Shown here: piece by piece, positions 51,384 through 61,075 of the stretch | Layout: each line of letters opens with the position of its first letter | Position numbering within the stretch: position 1 is the first letter of the stretch | NCBI GenBank assembly: GCA_965228475.1 | Contig: OZ245817.1 | Location: 4,320,001-4,384,000 of the forward strand | DNA length: 64,000 nt | DNA from: Myxococcota bacterium | Lineage (GTDB): Bacteria > Myxococcota_A > UBA9160 > JAFDDA01 | Direction: 5' to 3' | Position numbers and translations under genes: made by a program | Notes under the pieces: generated by a model | Databases searched by the model: none | What the model was told of the DNA's origin: nothing | What the model saw: only the letters and a program-made list of their open reading frames with translations

Positions 51384-51809
51384 CTAGAGTGAGCAGGCAG
51401 AAACCAGAGCTAGCCGAGATGGAACGCCGGGCACCCACCCTCTAGCGAGAACGAGAGACAAGATGAAGGCTGCAAGGACCGCCAGCGCGACCGCAGCACC
51501 TTCCTGGATTCCCCTCGATCGGTCGCTGATCGCAGCTCTGCGCTCACTGCCCCGGAGAATCGAAAAGTTGACGGCTGCGATGAAAGCTATGACGAGGAGC
51601 AAAGCCAGACGGCTTGGCCAGACGCATGCGATACCTGACCACGCCAACAGGATTATGAGTGACTGCAGCAAGAGCAGCTGAAGCACGCAATGGCACGCAC
51701 CAACGGAGATGATCGGATTCAGGTCGTCGCTATTGAGGTAGTGCCGACCAAAGAGACGAGAGAGTGAATCGTAGACTCGCCCGATCAAGGGTTCCGCGAC
51801 GCCGCCCAA
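51384..51809 (-). CDS. Cassette: membrane protein
   Basis: Hydrophobic ORF filling cassette. Confidence 0.6.
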   Translation of the reverse strand: MGGVAEPLIGRVYDSLSRLFGRHYLNSDDLNPIISVGACHCVLQLLLLQSLIILLAWSGIACVWPSRLALLLVIAFIAAVNFSILRGSERRAAISDRSRGIQEGAAVALAVLAAFILSLVLARGWVPGVPSRLALVSACSL

Positions 51810-51937
51810 CGGATCAGGCCTTCAGCGGCGCCAAGGGCGCTGACACTCAGCGCTGCACCACCGAGGCCGACGCCAGGATCCTACCACGGCACTCTTGGGC
51901 CCAAGCCCTTGGCGTCCGCTGGAAGGCCTTGTTAGGC
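51804..51937 (-). repeat. attC (main family)
   Basis: gcccaac...gttaggc. Confidence 0.93.
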
Positions 51938-52336
51938 GGCTCCCACGGTCCCGGAGATGCGCAGCAGAGCCGGTGCGGGGCACGAGAAGCTCGCTGTGAG
52001 ATTCCAGCCGGTGGAGTCCTTGGGTCGAAGACTCGAACTGTCGAGCGCCAGTCTGATACGAGCGTGACCCTGAGGAGCTATTGCGCCGGACAGAAAGAAC
52101 CTCTTGTCAGTTGACTGCAAGGAGCACTCGCCCTTGAGGCGTTTCTGGCAGTGTTTGGCAGCCGCGAAGAACGCGTCGAGGTCACGATTTCTGAACTCAA
52201 CCTCAATTGATGAGGACACGCCCCGAACCTGGACCCTGGCCTTTCCGGTCCGGCGACTGCCGTCTCCGGGCGGATGGCTAGGCAACGAGACTTTGACCTG
52301 CTCGTTCTGGCCGACAATGAAATCGAGCCGGCTCAC
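51932..52336 (-). CDS. Cassette: hypothetical protein (possible WapI-like immunity fold)
   Basis: Fills cassette, stop in R''; family resemblance is weak. Confidence 0.6.
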   Translation of the reverse strand: MSRLDFIVGQNEQVKVSLPSHPPGDGSRRTGKARVQVRGVSSSIEVEFRNRDLDAFFAAAKHCQKRLKGECSLQSTDKRFFLSGAIAPQGHARIRLALDSSSLRPKDSTGWNLTASFSCPAPALLRISGTVGAA

Positions 52337-52346
52337 ACCACCTGCC

Positions 52347-52480
52347 GCCTAACGGATCAGGCCTTCAGCGGCGCCAAGGGCGCTGACACTCAGCGCTGCA
52401 CCACCGCGACCGATGCCAAAATCCTACCACGACACATTTGATCAGAAGCCCTTGGCGTCCGCTGCAAGGCCTTGTTAGGT
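52347..52480 (-). repeat. attC (main family)
   Basis: gcctaac...gttaggt. Confidence 0.93.
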
Positions 52481-52503
52481 GGCTGGCGACCCCAGCCCTC
52501 GCT

Positions 52504-52863
52504 CTAAAGGCTTGCCCCATGCCCTTGGCGCTCAAAGAGCAAGGCAACGGCCCCTACAAGGAACGCCGCTGGAGTGAGCAACAGCTCTGGTGAGGGTATG
52601 GCGATGAATCTTCCGAGCTCTCCGAATGACCCCACGCCGAAGACGAACAAGAAGAAGCCGTCTGTCTTTCGGTCGCGCGCGGTTGCGAAAATGAAGCCGA
52701 TGCCTATTCGCAGCAGTCCACCCAGGAGCCACATTGCCGAAAGATCGACTGGAGCGTCGAGCCTCCACGCACCGAACGCATCCCACGCATCTGCGAATCC
52801 GGAACCGATGCCCAGGCCGCCCGCTGCCACTCGAAGCGCTCCCGGCGTCACCGTTCCAGCCAC
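52504..52863 (-). CDS. Cassette: membrane protein
   Basis: GTG start overlapping the core site. Confidence 0.6.
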   Translation of the reverse strand: MAGTVTPGALRVAAGGLGIGSGFADAWDAFGAWRLDAPVDLSAMWLLGGLLRIGIGFIFATARDRKTDGFFLFVFGVGSFGELGRFIAIPSPELLLTPAAFLVGAVALLFERQGHGASL

Positions 52864-52995
52864 CTAACGGATCAGGCCTTCAGCGGCGCCAGGGGCGCTG
52901 ACACTCAGCGCTGCGCCACCGTGACCGATGCCAAAATCCTACCACGCCGCATTTGATCACGAGCCCTTGGCGTCCGCTGCAAGGCCTTGTTGGGC
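52862..52995 (-). repeat. attC (main family)
   Basis: acctaac...gttgggc. Confidence 0.93.
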
Positions 52996-53006
52996 GGCTG
53001 CTCAAG

Positions 53007-53294
53007 CTATTTCTTGATGTCGTTGGGGCAAGCTTTTTCTGGCTCGCTACCAGCATAAATTGTGCCGTCTTGGCAGGTGATGACAGTTCCGCGCTGCGCA
53101 GCGGGGGACGCGCTCCCGCTACTTGCAGAACCGGAGTTCGACTGACACGCACGGTGCTTCGCGTGGTTGTGTACGTGGTAGCCGCCACGCTTGCGATCAT
53201 GGTGCCCACCGCACCGATCCGTTCCGCCGCTGTGAGCTAGCGCGACATGGGGTGAAACTAGGGAAAGACAGAGGGAGAGAACGGCGAATCGCAT
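53007..53294 (-). CDS. Cassette: YHYH-domain exported protein
   Basis: Signal peptide then AHSGGTDRCGGHHDRKRGGYHVH. Confidence 0.8.
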   Translation of the reverse strand: MRFAVLSLCLSLVSPHVALAHSGGTDRCGGHHDRKRGGYHVHNHAKHRACQSNSGSASSGSASPAAQRGTVITCQDGTIYAGSEPEKACPNDIKK

Positions 53295-53302
53295 CTCATG
53301 CC

Positions 53303-53436
53303 GCCCAACGGATCAGGCCTTCAGCAGCGCCGAGGGCGCTGACTCTCAACGCCGCACTACCGAGGCCGACGCCAGAATCCTACCACGCAGCGTTTGGGCA
53401 CGAGCCCTTGGCGTCTGCTGCAAGGCCTTGTTAGGC
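53303..53436 (-). repeat. attC (main family)
   Basis: gcccaac...gttaggc. Confidence 0.93.
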
Positions 53437-53448
53437 GGCCAGGCGAGC

Positions 53449-53718
53449 CTACACCTCTGGATCGAACTCTCCGGTCGCGAGGAAGGTGAGCTCGCGATCC
53501 GAGAACTCAGACTCTTGAAGTAGCCAACGGGCTCGGTGAGCCGACTCCGCGCCAACCGAGAGCAGTACCTTTGTGGGGACGGCCGCGACAGACTGGATGA
53601 CATAGACCGACGAGAAGACTCCGCCCGATTGGAGCATGCCTTGTACGACCTCGGCGGTACCCATCGAGTCGAACTCCAAGACGAACTCACCATCGGGGAC
53701 AGGGTCGTCGTCGCTCAT
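53449..53718 (-). CDS. Cassette: DUF2007-like small protein
   Basis: AEVVQGMLQSGGV...VLLSV...ARWLL. Confidence 0.65.
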   Translation of the reverse strand: MSDDDPVPDGEFVLEFDSMGTAEVVQGMLQSGGVFSSVYVIQSVAAVPTKVLLSVGAESAHRARWLLQESEFSDRELTFLATGEFDPEV

Positions 53719-53721
53719 GCC

Positions 53722-53855
53722 GCCTAACGGATCAGGCCGTCAGCAGCGCCGAGGGCGCTGACATTCAGCGCTGCGCCACCGCGACCGACGCCAGAATCCT
53801 ACCACGCTGCGTTTGGGCATAAGCCCTCGGCGTCTGCTGCACGGCCTTGTTGGGC
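53722..53855 (-). repeat. attC (main family)
   Basis: gcctaac...gttgggc. Confidence 0.92.
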
Positions 53856-54171
53856 GGGAAGCCGCGCCCTACCGCTGCGCACAACGCAAAGCGACTTGCC
53901 CCCAGCCGAAGCCCTCCCCTTTGCTCGCAACGGCTCGTGATGCGCAGCCTCACGGGACGCCAGAAACCGGACCTGCGAGGAGCTCGCGCCAGGGCGCGAA
54001 CCCGCTCGCCGACGCGCTAGAGCCCAAGGCCAGACGCCGAGGCGCGACGGGCCCTGGACAGCCACACCGGCGAAGACGGCGAGTGACATGACGTTGGCAA
54101 ACTGGAAGAGGTGAGAAGGGAAAGAACGTTCGGGCCGACACTGAAACCAAGAAAAGAATCGACTGCTTGCC
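53856..54171. other. ORF-less cassette, family B
   Basis: No filling ORF; shares ctgaaacca-A-rich motif with family A. Confidence 0.6.
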
Positions 54172-54305
54172 GCCCAACGGATCAGGCCTTCAGCAGCGCC
54201 GAGGGCGCTGAACCTCAACGCCGCACTACCGAGACCGACGCCAGAATCCTACCACGCTGCCTTTGGGCAGACGCCCTTGGCGTCTGCTGCAAGGCCTTGT
54301 TAGGC
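54172..54305 (-). repeat. attC (main family)
   Basis: Identical to 48655-48788 except in R'. Confidence 0.93.
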
Positions 54306-54663
54306 GGCGGCTAACGTTCTCACTGTAAGAGGCGCGACGAAATAGGATTCTTGAACACGAAGCCGAGTGAGCCACCCGACCAGGGCTCAAACGAACACGA
54401 CGTAGCGCGACGTAGGACCCTCAGAGCCCGATGCCGCGCCCAGCCGAAGGAGCCGCAGCGAAGCCAGGCACCCCGAAGCCTGCCCCCCGAGGAGCCGGAG
54501 TGATTGCCTGCCGGAACCGGTGCACGCCACCGAGCCGTGGAGCCGAGAACCCTGGAACGAGCCCGGCTCGAGGTAGCGCCTCACCATGAGCTCGCTGAAA
54601 CCAGAAAGAAGAACGCTTCGGAAAGGCGAGCTGCACCTGGCTGAGGAAGCCTGCAGGCAAGCC
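54306..54663. other. ORF-less cassette, family A copy 3
   Basis: Near-identical to 48789-49146. Confidence 0.75.
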
Positions 54664-54797
54664 GCCTAACGGATCAGGCCTTCAGCAGCGCCGAGGGCGC
54701 TGTCTCTCAACGCCGCACTACCGAGACCGACGCCAGAATCCTACCACGCAGCATTTGGGCAGAAGCCCTCGGCGTCTGCTGGAAGGCCTTGTTGGGC
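54664..54797 (-). repeat. attC (main family)
   Basis: gcctaac...gttgggc. Confidence 0.93.
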
Positions 54798-55164
54798 AGC
54801 AGCCACGAACCAACCTCCCCTCTTGAGCGCAGACTGTGCTCAAGAGACCGGAGCCTCCAGAAACGACAACGACAGATCTGGACGAGTGAGCCACTCGAGC
54901 ACCGGCGATGAGCAGCCAAGGCGGCGACCTAGGATGAAACCAGGCCCTTGCCCTGCCCCGCTCGGCTTGGCGGCTACGACGCCAGACGCCGACAAAGCCA
55001 CGGTGCGCAACGCACCGGGAGACCGAGACAGATGCGCCGAGGAATCAGCCGAGAATCCTAGTGCGAACTCGGTCTGAGATCTGAGCCGAAGATCTGAACA
55101 AAGAACCCGAAACCAAGCCGCTCTCGAGCAAGGAGCGTTCACTCAGGATGCGCAGCAGAACGCT
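54798..55164. other. ORF-less cassette, family C copy 1
   Basis: Homologous to the next three cassettes; no conserved ORF. Confidence 0.75.
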
Positions 55165-55298
55165 GCCCAACGGATCAGGCCTTCAGCAGCGCCGAGGGCG
55201 CTGACTCTCAACGCCGCACTACCGAGACCGACGCCAGAATCCTACCACGCACCAATTGGGCATGAGCCCTTGGCGTCTGCTGATAGGCTTTGTTGGGC
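55165..55298 (-). repeat. attC (main family)
   Basis: gcccaac...gttgggc. Confidence 0.93.
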
Positions 55299-55685
55299 AG
55301 CTGTCACGAACAGCCACCACCCAACGCAGGCCGTGCTCACGAAGAACCTGAGCCTCCAGAAAGAACAGCGACAGATCTGGCCGAGTGAGCCGCCAGAACA
55401 GCACCGACGAGCAGCCGAAGCAGAGGAGACGACCCGCCAAGGGCCGAACAGAGGATGAAACCAGGCTCTTGCCCTGCCCCGCTGCGCCTGGCCGCCACGA
55501 CGCCAGACGCCGACAGAGCCACGGTGCGCAACGCACCGGACGACCGAAGCACAGGCGCCGAGAAACCAGCCGAGAATCCTAGTGCGAACTCGCCATGTGA
55601 CCTGGGCCGAAGATCTGAACAAAGAACCCGAAACCAAGCCGCTCTCGGGCAAAGAGCGTGAACTCAGGATGCGCAGCAGATCGCT
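55299..55685. other. ORF-less cassette, family C copy 2
   Basis: Homologous to neighbouring cassettes. Confidence 0.75.
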
Positions 55686-55818
55686 GCCCAACGGATCAGG
55701 CCTTCAGCGGCGCCGAGGGCGCTGACACTCAGCGCTGCACCACCGTGGCCGACGCCAGAATCCTACCACGAGACTTTGAACCCGAGCCCTTGGCGTCCGC
55801 TGCAAGGCTTTGTTGGGC
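55686..55818 (-). repeat. attC (main family)
   Basis: gcccaac...gttgggc. Confidence 0.93.
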
Positions 55819-56204
55819 AGCTGTCACGAACAGCCACCACCCAACGCAGCCCGTGCTCACGAGGAACCTGAGCCTCCAGAAAGACAACGACAGATATGGG
55901 CGAGTGAGCCACAAGAGCTGCGCCAGCGAGCAGCCGAAACAAAGGCGACGAGCTCCCGGGGCTCGAACCGAGGATGAAACCAGGCTCTTGCCCTGCCCCG
56001 CTCGGCCTGGCCGCCACGACGCCAGACGCCGACAAAGCCACAGTGCGCAACGCACCGGACGACCGAAACAGATGAGCCGAGAACTCAGCCGAGAATCCTA
56101 GTGCGAACTCGCCGTGCGATTCGGGCCGAAGACCTAAACAGAGAACCCGAAACCGAGCCGCTCTTGGGCAAGGAGCGTGAACCCAGGATGCGCAGCAGAT
56201 CGCT
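55819..56204. other. ORF-less cassette, family C copy 3
   Basis: Homologous to neighbouring cassettes. Confidence 0.75.
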
Positions 56205-56338
56205 GCCCAACGGATCAGGCCTTCAGCAGCGCCGAGGGCGCTGACTCTCAACGCCGCACTACCGAGACCGACGCCAGGATCCTACCACGCAGCATTTGGG
56301 CACAAGCCCTTGGCGTCTGCTGAAAGGCTTTGTTGGGC
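56205..56338 (-). repeat. attC (main family)
   Basis: gcccaac...gttgggc. Confidence 0.93.
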
Positions 56339-56725
56339 AGCTGTCACGAACGGCCACCACCCAACGCAGGCCGTGCTCACGAGGAACCTGAGCCTCCAGA
56401 AAGAACAACGACAGATCTGGCCGAGTGAGCCGCCAGAGCAGCACCGACGAGCAGCCGAAGCAGAGGCGACGACCTGCCAAGGGCCGGACAGAGGAGGAAC
56501 CCAGGCCCTTGCCCTGCCCCGCTCGGCCTGGCCGCAACGACGCCAGACGCCGACAAAGCCACGGTGCGCAACGCACCGGACGACCGAAACAGATGCGCCG
56601 AGAAATCAGCCGAGAATCCTAGTGCGAACTCGCCATGTGACCTGGGCCGAAGATCTGAACAAAGAACCCGAAACCAAGCCGCTCTCGGGCAAGGAGCATG
56701 AACTCAGGATGCGCAGCAGATCGCT
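56339..56725. other. ORF-less cassette, family C copy 4
   Basis: Closest to copy 2 by eye. Confidence 0.75.
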
Positions 56726-56859
56726 GCCCAACGGATCAGCGTTAAGCGGCCGGCAACAGCGCCGACCGACTCCGCCGAGACACCGAAGTATGCCGCCAGA
56801 CGGCACCCAAGGTCAATTGAACGCAGCTGTTGACGGTCCGCTTCAACGCTTTGTTGGGC
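56726..56859 (-). repeat. attC, divergent type
   Basis: gcccaacggatcagcgttaagcgg...ccgcttcaacgctttgttgggc. Confidence 0.85.
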
Positions 56860-56894
56860 GGCACGCGCTCCTCCCGGCCGAGTGTAAGGGAAGG

Positions 56895-57509
56895 CTAGGG
56901 TTTGGCCGGACGCTGGTCGATGAGGCCCAGGCGAGCCACTCGGCTCTGGGGCTCGAGCACGGCTCCGGGCGCGATCACCGCATTCGCTCCAATCCGTGAC
57001 CCGTCGCCGATGAGCGCGCCGAACTTCTCAACCCCGGTATCGACGGTTGCGTCGCGCCAGACGAAGCGAATCCGCTTCTCGGTCAGTTCGTTTCGGTAGT
57101 TCGCGACCTTCGCACCGGCTTCGACGTTCACATCAGTACCGAGAATCGAGTCACCCACGAAACTGAGGTGAGCGACCTTGGAGGCTCTCAGCATAAACGT
57201 GGATTTCAGCTCGCACGCAGGCCCAACAATGCATGCCTCACCCACGAAGACGCCGCCTCGAAGGTAGGCGCCCGCCGCGACGAGTGAGTTCGCGCCCACG
57301 ATTGCAGGGCCCTTGACCACCGCGCCACGCTCAATCTCTGCGGATCTGTGGACGGCAACGTCGCCTTCGATCTCGAAGTCGGCGGGTAGCCCTCGGATCG
57401 CGGCTGCGACTAGCTCCGCCGACGTCGAGGTGGGCAGCCATGGATCTCCTTCGACATGGCCGAACGGGCTCGACACCCATTCAGAGGCGAAGTCTGCAAT
57501 GCGGATCAT
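56895..57509 (-). CDS. Cassette: hexapeptide-repeat transferase (GlmU/LpxA-like)
   Basis: Left-handed beta-helix repeats, HLSFVGDSILG, KFGALIGD. Confidence 0.85.
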   Translation of the reverse strand: MIRIADFASEWVSSPFGHVEGDPWLPTSTSAELVAAAIRGLPADFEIEGDVAVHRSAEIERGAVVKGPAIVGANSLVAAGAYLRGGVFVGEACIVGPACELKSTFMLRASKVAHLSFVGDSILGTDVNVEAGAKVANYRNELTEKRIRFVWRDATVDTGVEKFGALIGDGSRIGANAVIAPGAVLEPQSRVARLGLIDQRPAKP

Positions 57510-57524
57510 GCTGTGAACCGTGCC

Positions 57525-57658
57525 GCCCAACGGATCAGGCCTTCAGCAGCGCCGAGGGCGCTGACTCTCAGCGCTGCACTACCGAGACCGACGCTAGGAT
57601 CCTACCACGCGGCGTTTGGGCAGATGCCCTTGGCGTCTGCTGCAAGGCCTTGTTAGGC
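57525..57658 (-). repeat. attC (main family)
   Basis: gcccaac...gttaggc. Confidence 0.93.
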
Positions 57659-57670
57659 GGCCGGGCGCGC

Positions 57671-58312
57671 CTAGGCCGAGCTGCTCACGAAGGTCGCGAG
57701 GTTCCATGTGCCGTGAGCAAAGACCGCAGGAACGACGCTCCTAGTGTGGACTCGAGCAGCCGACAGGACTGCACCGAGAGCAGCCAGCGTGAGAAGAGTG
57801 GTGGGGTTCTCGGCGCCATGTAAGAGCAGCCAGGGGACGAGGGCCAGAACAGAAGCGAGGACTTCACCTCCAACCGCTGGTGCAAGAATGGACGTTGCGA
57901 AGCCTCGGTAGAGGAACTCTTCGATGGCAGGGCCAACTACGATAGCCACGATCGCCAGAAGAAGAGGCGCAGCTTCTGCGTTGAGCGAAGCAGTGCGTTC
58001 TGAGCTGGAGCCGATCGCTGTGCAAGCGAGCCACGTGAGCCCGCCCGCCAGCGACCAGAGCACTACGCCCCGCGCCGATACGTGGCGGACGGCGAAAACC
58101 GCCCGAACGCTGCACCACTGCGCGCCAACGAGTGCGGCTGCGACGACAGCCATGGCGCCACTGACGACGATGGAGACCAGGAACACGTCCGACCCGCTCC
58201 CGCCGACCAACCCGGAGAGAATGCTTGGGGTCAGCAACAGGAGAGCGAAGTGGGCGGCCACAACGCTGGCGACGGCGAGAAGACGACGATGCTGTGGTTC
58301 GTGCGCGGTCAA
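57671..58312 (-). CDS. Cassette: CPBP (CAAX/Abi) intramembrane protease
   Basis: PAIEEFLYRG, H, AHGTWN motifs. Confidence 0.85.
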   Translation of the reverse strand: MTAHEPQHRRLLAVASVVAAHFALLLLTPSILSGLVGGSGSDVFLVSIVVSGAMAVVAAALVGAQWCSVRAVFAVRHVSARGVVLWSLAGGLTWLACTAIGSSSERTASLNAEAAPLLLAIVAIVVGPAIEEFLYRGFATSILAPAVGGEVLASVLALVPWLLLHGAENPTTLLTLAALGAVLSAARVHTRSVVPAVFAHGTWNLATFVSSSA

Positions 58313-58318
58313 TAGGCC

Positions 58319-58452
58319 GCCTAACGGATCAGGCCTTCAGCAGCGCCGAGGGCGCTGACTCTCAACGCCGCACTACTGAGACCGCCGCCAGAATCCTACC
58401 ACGCAGCGTTTGGGCATGAGCCCTTGGCGTCTGCTGCAAGGCCTTGTTGGGC
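58319..58452 (-). repeat. attC (main family)
   Basis: gcctaac...gttgggc. Confidence 0.93.
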
Positions 58453-58470
58453 GGCGGCAGGAGATGACAC

Positions 58471-58824
58471 TCACGCATCCTCTTCCTGGAACGCGGCGAT
58501 CTCCCGTAAAAATTGATCGAGCTTCGGATCGAAGAGGCCCTTCACGAGGCAGAGGATCGAGACCGTGGTGGTGTGGTCATCCCACTCCTCAGGTCTCGTG
58601 CGAGAGGCATTGATGTTGAGCAACCCCTGGCCGGCCTTCCTTGGACCCTCCCAGATTGGATCAACCGTGTAGGTCAGAAAGAGCTGACGCCCATACGATG
58701 CGCGGCGGGACTCAAGCAACCACTGCTCATCGCACCACCAGTCGGGCGAAGAGTCCTCGATCGAGACGAGCTCCCAACCTCCGTGGACCAGTCCAGAGAG
58801 AATTCTCTCCTTGTACTTCGCCAC
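58471..58824 (-). CDS. Cassette: hypothetical protein
   Basis: ORF fills cassette. Confidence 0.7.
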   Translation of the reverse strand: MAKYKERILSGLVHGGWELVSIEDSSPDWWCDEQWLLESRRASYGRQLFLTYTVDPIWEGPRKAGQGLLNINASRTRPEEWDDHTTTVSILCLVKGLFDPKLDQFLREIAAFQEEDA

Positions 58825-58832
58825 GCGCCGCC

Positions 58833-58965
58833 GCCCAACGGATCAGGCCTTCAGCGGCGCCAAGGGCGCTGACACTCAGCGCTGCTCCACCGTGGCCGAC
58901 GCCAGAATCCTACCACGACACTTTGAACCCGAGCCCTTGACGTCCGCTGCAAGGCCTTGTTGGGC
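58833..58965 (-). repeat. attC (main family)
   Basis: gcccaac...gttgggc. Confidence 0.93.
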
Positions 58966-58982
58966 TGCAAGGCGAGAACGCC

Positions 58983-59366
58983 CTAGAACAAGGCGAGCAC
59001 CCGAGGGCCGAACACGAGAAGCCCAATGAAGACTGCCCCGATGGCCGCGATGAGAACTGCACCAGCTGCGACGTCCTTCGCGCGCTCTACCATTGGATGG
59101 AACTCAGGGGACGCGACGTCACAGAGGGACTCGAAGGCCGTATTGAGGGCCTCGGCGCTCCACACCGCAACGATGGCGAGGGTTAGAGCGAGCCACTCAC
59201 CTCGGCCGACCTGAAAATAGAGACCGGCCGCCACGACTACGACTGAGGCCAGCGCGTGGATCCAGGCGTTGTGCTGAGACCTCAGCATGACGCCGATGCC
59301 ACGCAACGCGTACTGAATGCTGCGGAGGCGCTCGGTTAGGCTGAATCGTCCCAGCTTGCTGCCCAA
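58983..59366 (-). CDS. dgkA: Cassette: diacylglycerol/undecaprenol kinase family
   Basis: QHNAWIH, AEALNTAFESLCD, AKDVAAGAVL. Confidence 0.88.
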   Translation of the reverse strand: MGSKLGRFSLTERLRSIQYALRGIGVMLRSQHNAWIHALASVVVVAAGLYFQVGRGEWLALTLAIVAVWSAEALNTAFESLCDVASPEFHPMVERAKDVAAGAVLIAAIGAVFIGLLVFGPRVLALF

Positions 59367-59493
59367 CGGATCAGGCCTTCAGCGGCGCCAAGGGCGCTGA
59401 CACTCAGCGCTGCGCCACCGTGGCCGACGCCAGGATCCTACCACGCCACTTTGGGCCCGAGCCCTTGGCGTCCGCTGTAAGGCCTTGTTAGGT
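59361..59493 (-). repeat. attC (main family)
   Basis: gcccaac...gttaggt. Confidence 0.93.
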
Positions 59494-59544
59494 GGCTGCC
59501 CGAGGGAACTCAGGCTCAACTCGAGCGTAAGCGGAGAACTCACC

Positions 59545-59778
59545 TTAGACGAGAAGAAGTGCCGCTATTGCGAGAAGGGTTGCTCCCCCCAGGAACACAC
59601 ATACGATTTCTTGACGGGCCGAGACTGCCTTAGGTGGGTAGTGTCCGAGCGAAACGACGCGCAAGACAACGAGACCAACGAAACTGCAGGCGCCTATGAC
59701 CCCCGCGGCGGCCGCCTCTAGCAGACCAACTAGTGCCTGGAGCACGTAGACGACGAGTTCGAGCAGATCGATGAGCAC
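59545..59778 (-). CDS. Cassette: small membrane protein
   Basis: Hydrophobic, SLGHYP. Confidence 0.5.
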   Translation of the reverse strand: MLIDLLELVVYVLQALVGLLEAAAAGVIGACSFVGLVVLRVVSLGHYPPKAVSARQEIVCVFLGGATLLAIAALLLV

Positions 59779-59826
59779 GAGACGGCACCAGTGGTGTCAG
59801 CGCAGCGTCCGATAGTCGCCTTTGCC

Positions 59827-59960
59827 ACCTAACGGATCAGGCCTTCAGCAGCGCCGAGGGCGCTGACTCTCAACGCCGCACCACCGAGGCCGACGCCAGA
59901 ATCCTACCACGCAGCGTTTGGGCATGAGCCCTTGGCGTCTGCTGATAGGCCTTGTTAGGT
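59827..59960 (-). repeat. attC (main family)
   Basis: acctaac...gttaggt. Confidence 0.93.
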
Positions 59961-59969
59961 GGCTGAGCT

Positions 59970-60317
59970 CTAGCGGCTCGACGAGGCTGACACGAGAGCG
60001 AACACCGAAAGGCACCCGAGCCCCATGAGGAAATAGCCCGCGCGATACGCTCGACGGTGCCACGGTGACATGCTGGACGACCCGAAAGAGATCCGAACTC
60101 CAGACCGGACGACGGATAGCTTGGCGACCAAGAAGAGCGCGACACCTACGAAGAACGAACCAAGAGCGAGGTACGAGACGTCGCGGGGAGCTTGGTGTGC
60201 GTTGACGACGAACAGGGCCAAGACGAGGCCTACGGCTAGCGGCATCAAGACGATGAAGAAGTTGGCGAGAGCTTCCCGCTGGCCCACGGTGACGAACTCC
60301 TTCGTTCGACCAGCCAC
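59970..60317 (-). CDS. Cassette: membrane protein
   Basis: Three TM helices. Confidence 0.65.
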   Translation of the reverse strand: MAGRTKEFVTVGQREALANFFIVLMPLAVGLVLALFVVNAHQAPRDVSYLALGSFFVGVALFLVAKLSVVRSGVRISFGSSSMSPWHRRAYRAGYFLMGLGCLSVFALVSASSSR

Positions 60318-60449
60318 CTAACGGATCAGGCCTTCAGCGGCGCCGAGGGCGCTGACACTCAGCGCTGCACCACCGCGGCCGACGCCAGGATCCTACCACG
60401 CCGCATTTGGGCAGGAGCCCTTGGCGTCCGCTGCAAGGCCTTGTTAGGC
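60316..60449 (-). repeat. attC (main family)
   Basis: acctaac...gttaggc. Confidence 0.93.
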
Positions 60450-60902
60450 AGCACGACTCGAAGTCTCTTGCCACATGCGAAAGAGGATGAAGGCTGCGAC
60501 GCACGCCATCAGGTCTGCGCCCACGAGCTGAACGGGCCTGGGTTCAGGCCACCATGAGAGGGCTGCATGGAAGCCGAAGAGCGAGAACCGCGGAAGCACA
60601 GCCATGGGTTCTGGGGAGAGGCGGAGGAAGATGGAGAAGATCAGTCCCGTAGAGAACTCGTAACGAAACCCACCGAGCACCACGGCGGGCACCGAGAGAA
60701 CCTGCACGACAAGCGAGCCAAGGATACCGGAACGAGAACGATAGAGACGAACGCCGAAGGCGAGACCGGCGGCGAAGAGCGAGAGCTGGAGAACAAGGAG
60801 AACCCAATAGAGCGGATGCGCCTTGGCAGGCACGGCGACCAATGACGCGGCGACAAGACCGAGGCCTAGCGTAGAGCCGAGGCACTGCTCAAGTGCGATC
60901 AC
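60444..60902 (-). CDS. Cassette: membrane protein
   Basis: Stop in R''. Confidence 0.65.
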   Translation of the reverse strand: MIALEQCLGSTLGLGLVAASLVAVPAKAHPLYWVLLVLQLSLFAAGLAFGVRLYRSRSGILGSLVVQVLSVPAVVLGGFRYEFSTGLIFSIFLRLSPEPMAVLPRFSLFGFHAALSWWPEPRPVQLVGADLMACVAAFILFRMWQETSSRAA

Positions 60903-60935
60903 ACGAACTAAGCGGCCATGACGTTCCAGCGTGCT

Positions 60936-61069
60936 GCCTAACGGATCAGGCCTTCAGCAGCGCCGAGGGCGCTGACCTTCAACGCCGCACTACCGAGACC
61001 GACGCCAGAATCCTACCACGCAGCGTTTGAGCATAAGCCCTTGGCGTCTGCTGGAAGGCCTTGTTGGGC
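60936..61069 (-). repeat. attC (main family)
   Basis: gcctaac...gttgggc. Confidence 0.93.
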
Positions 61070-61075
61070 TGCGCG

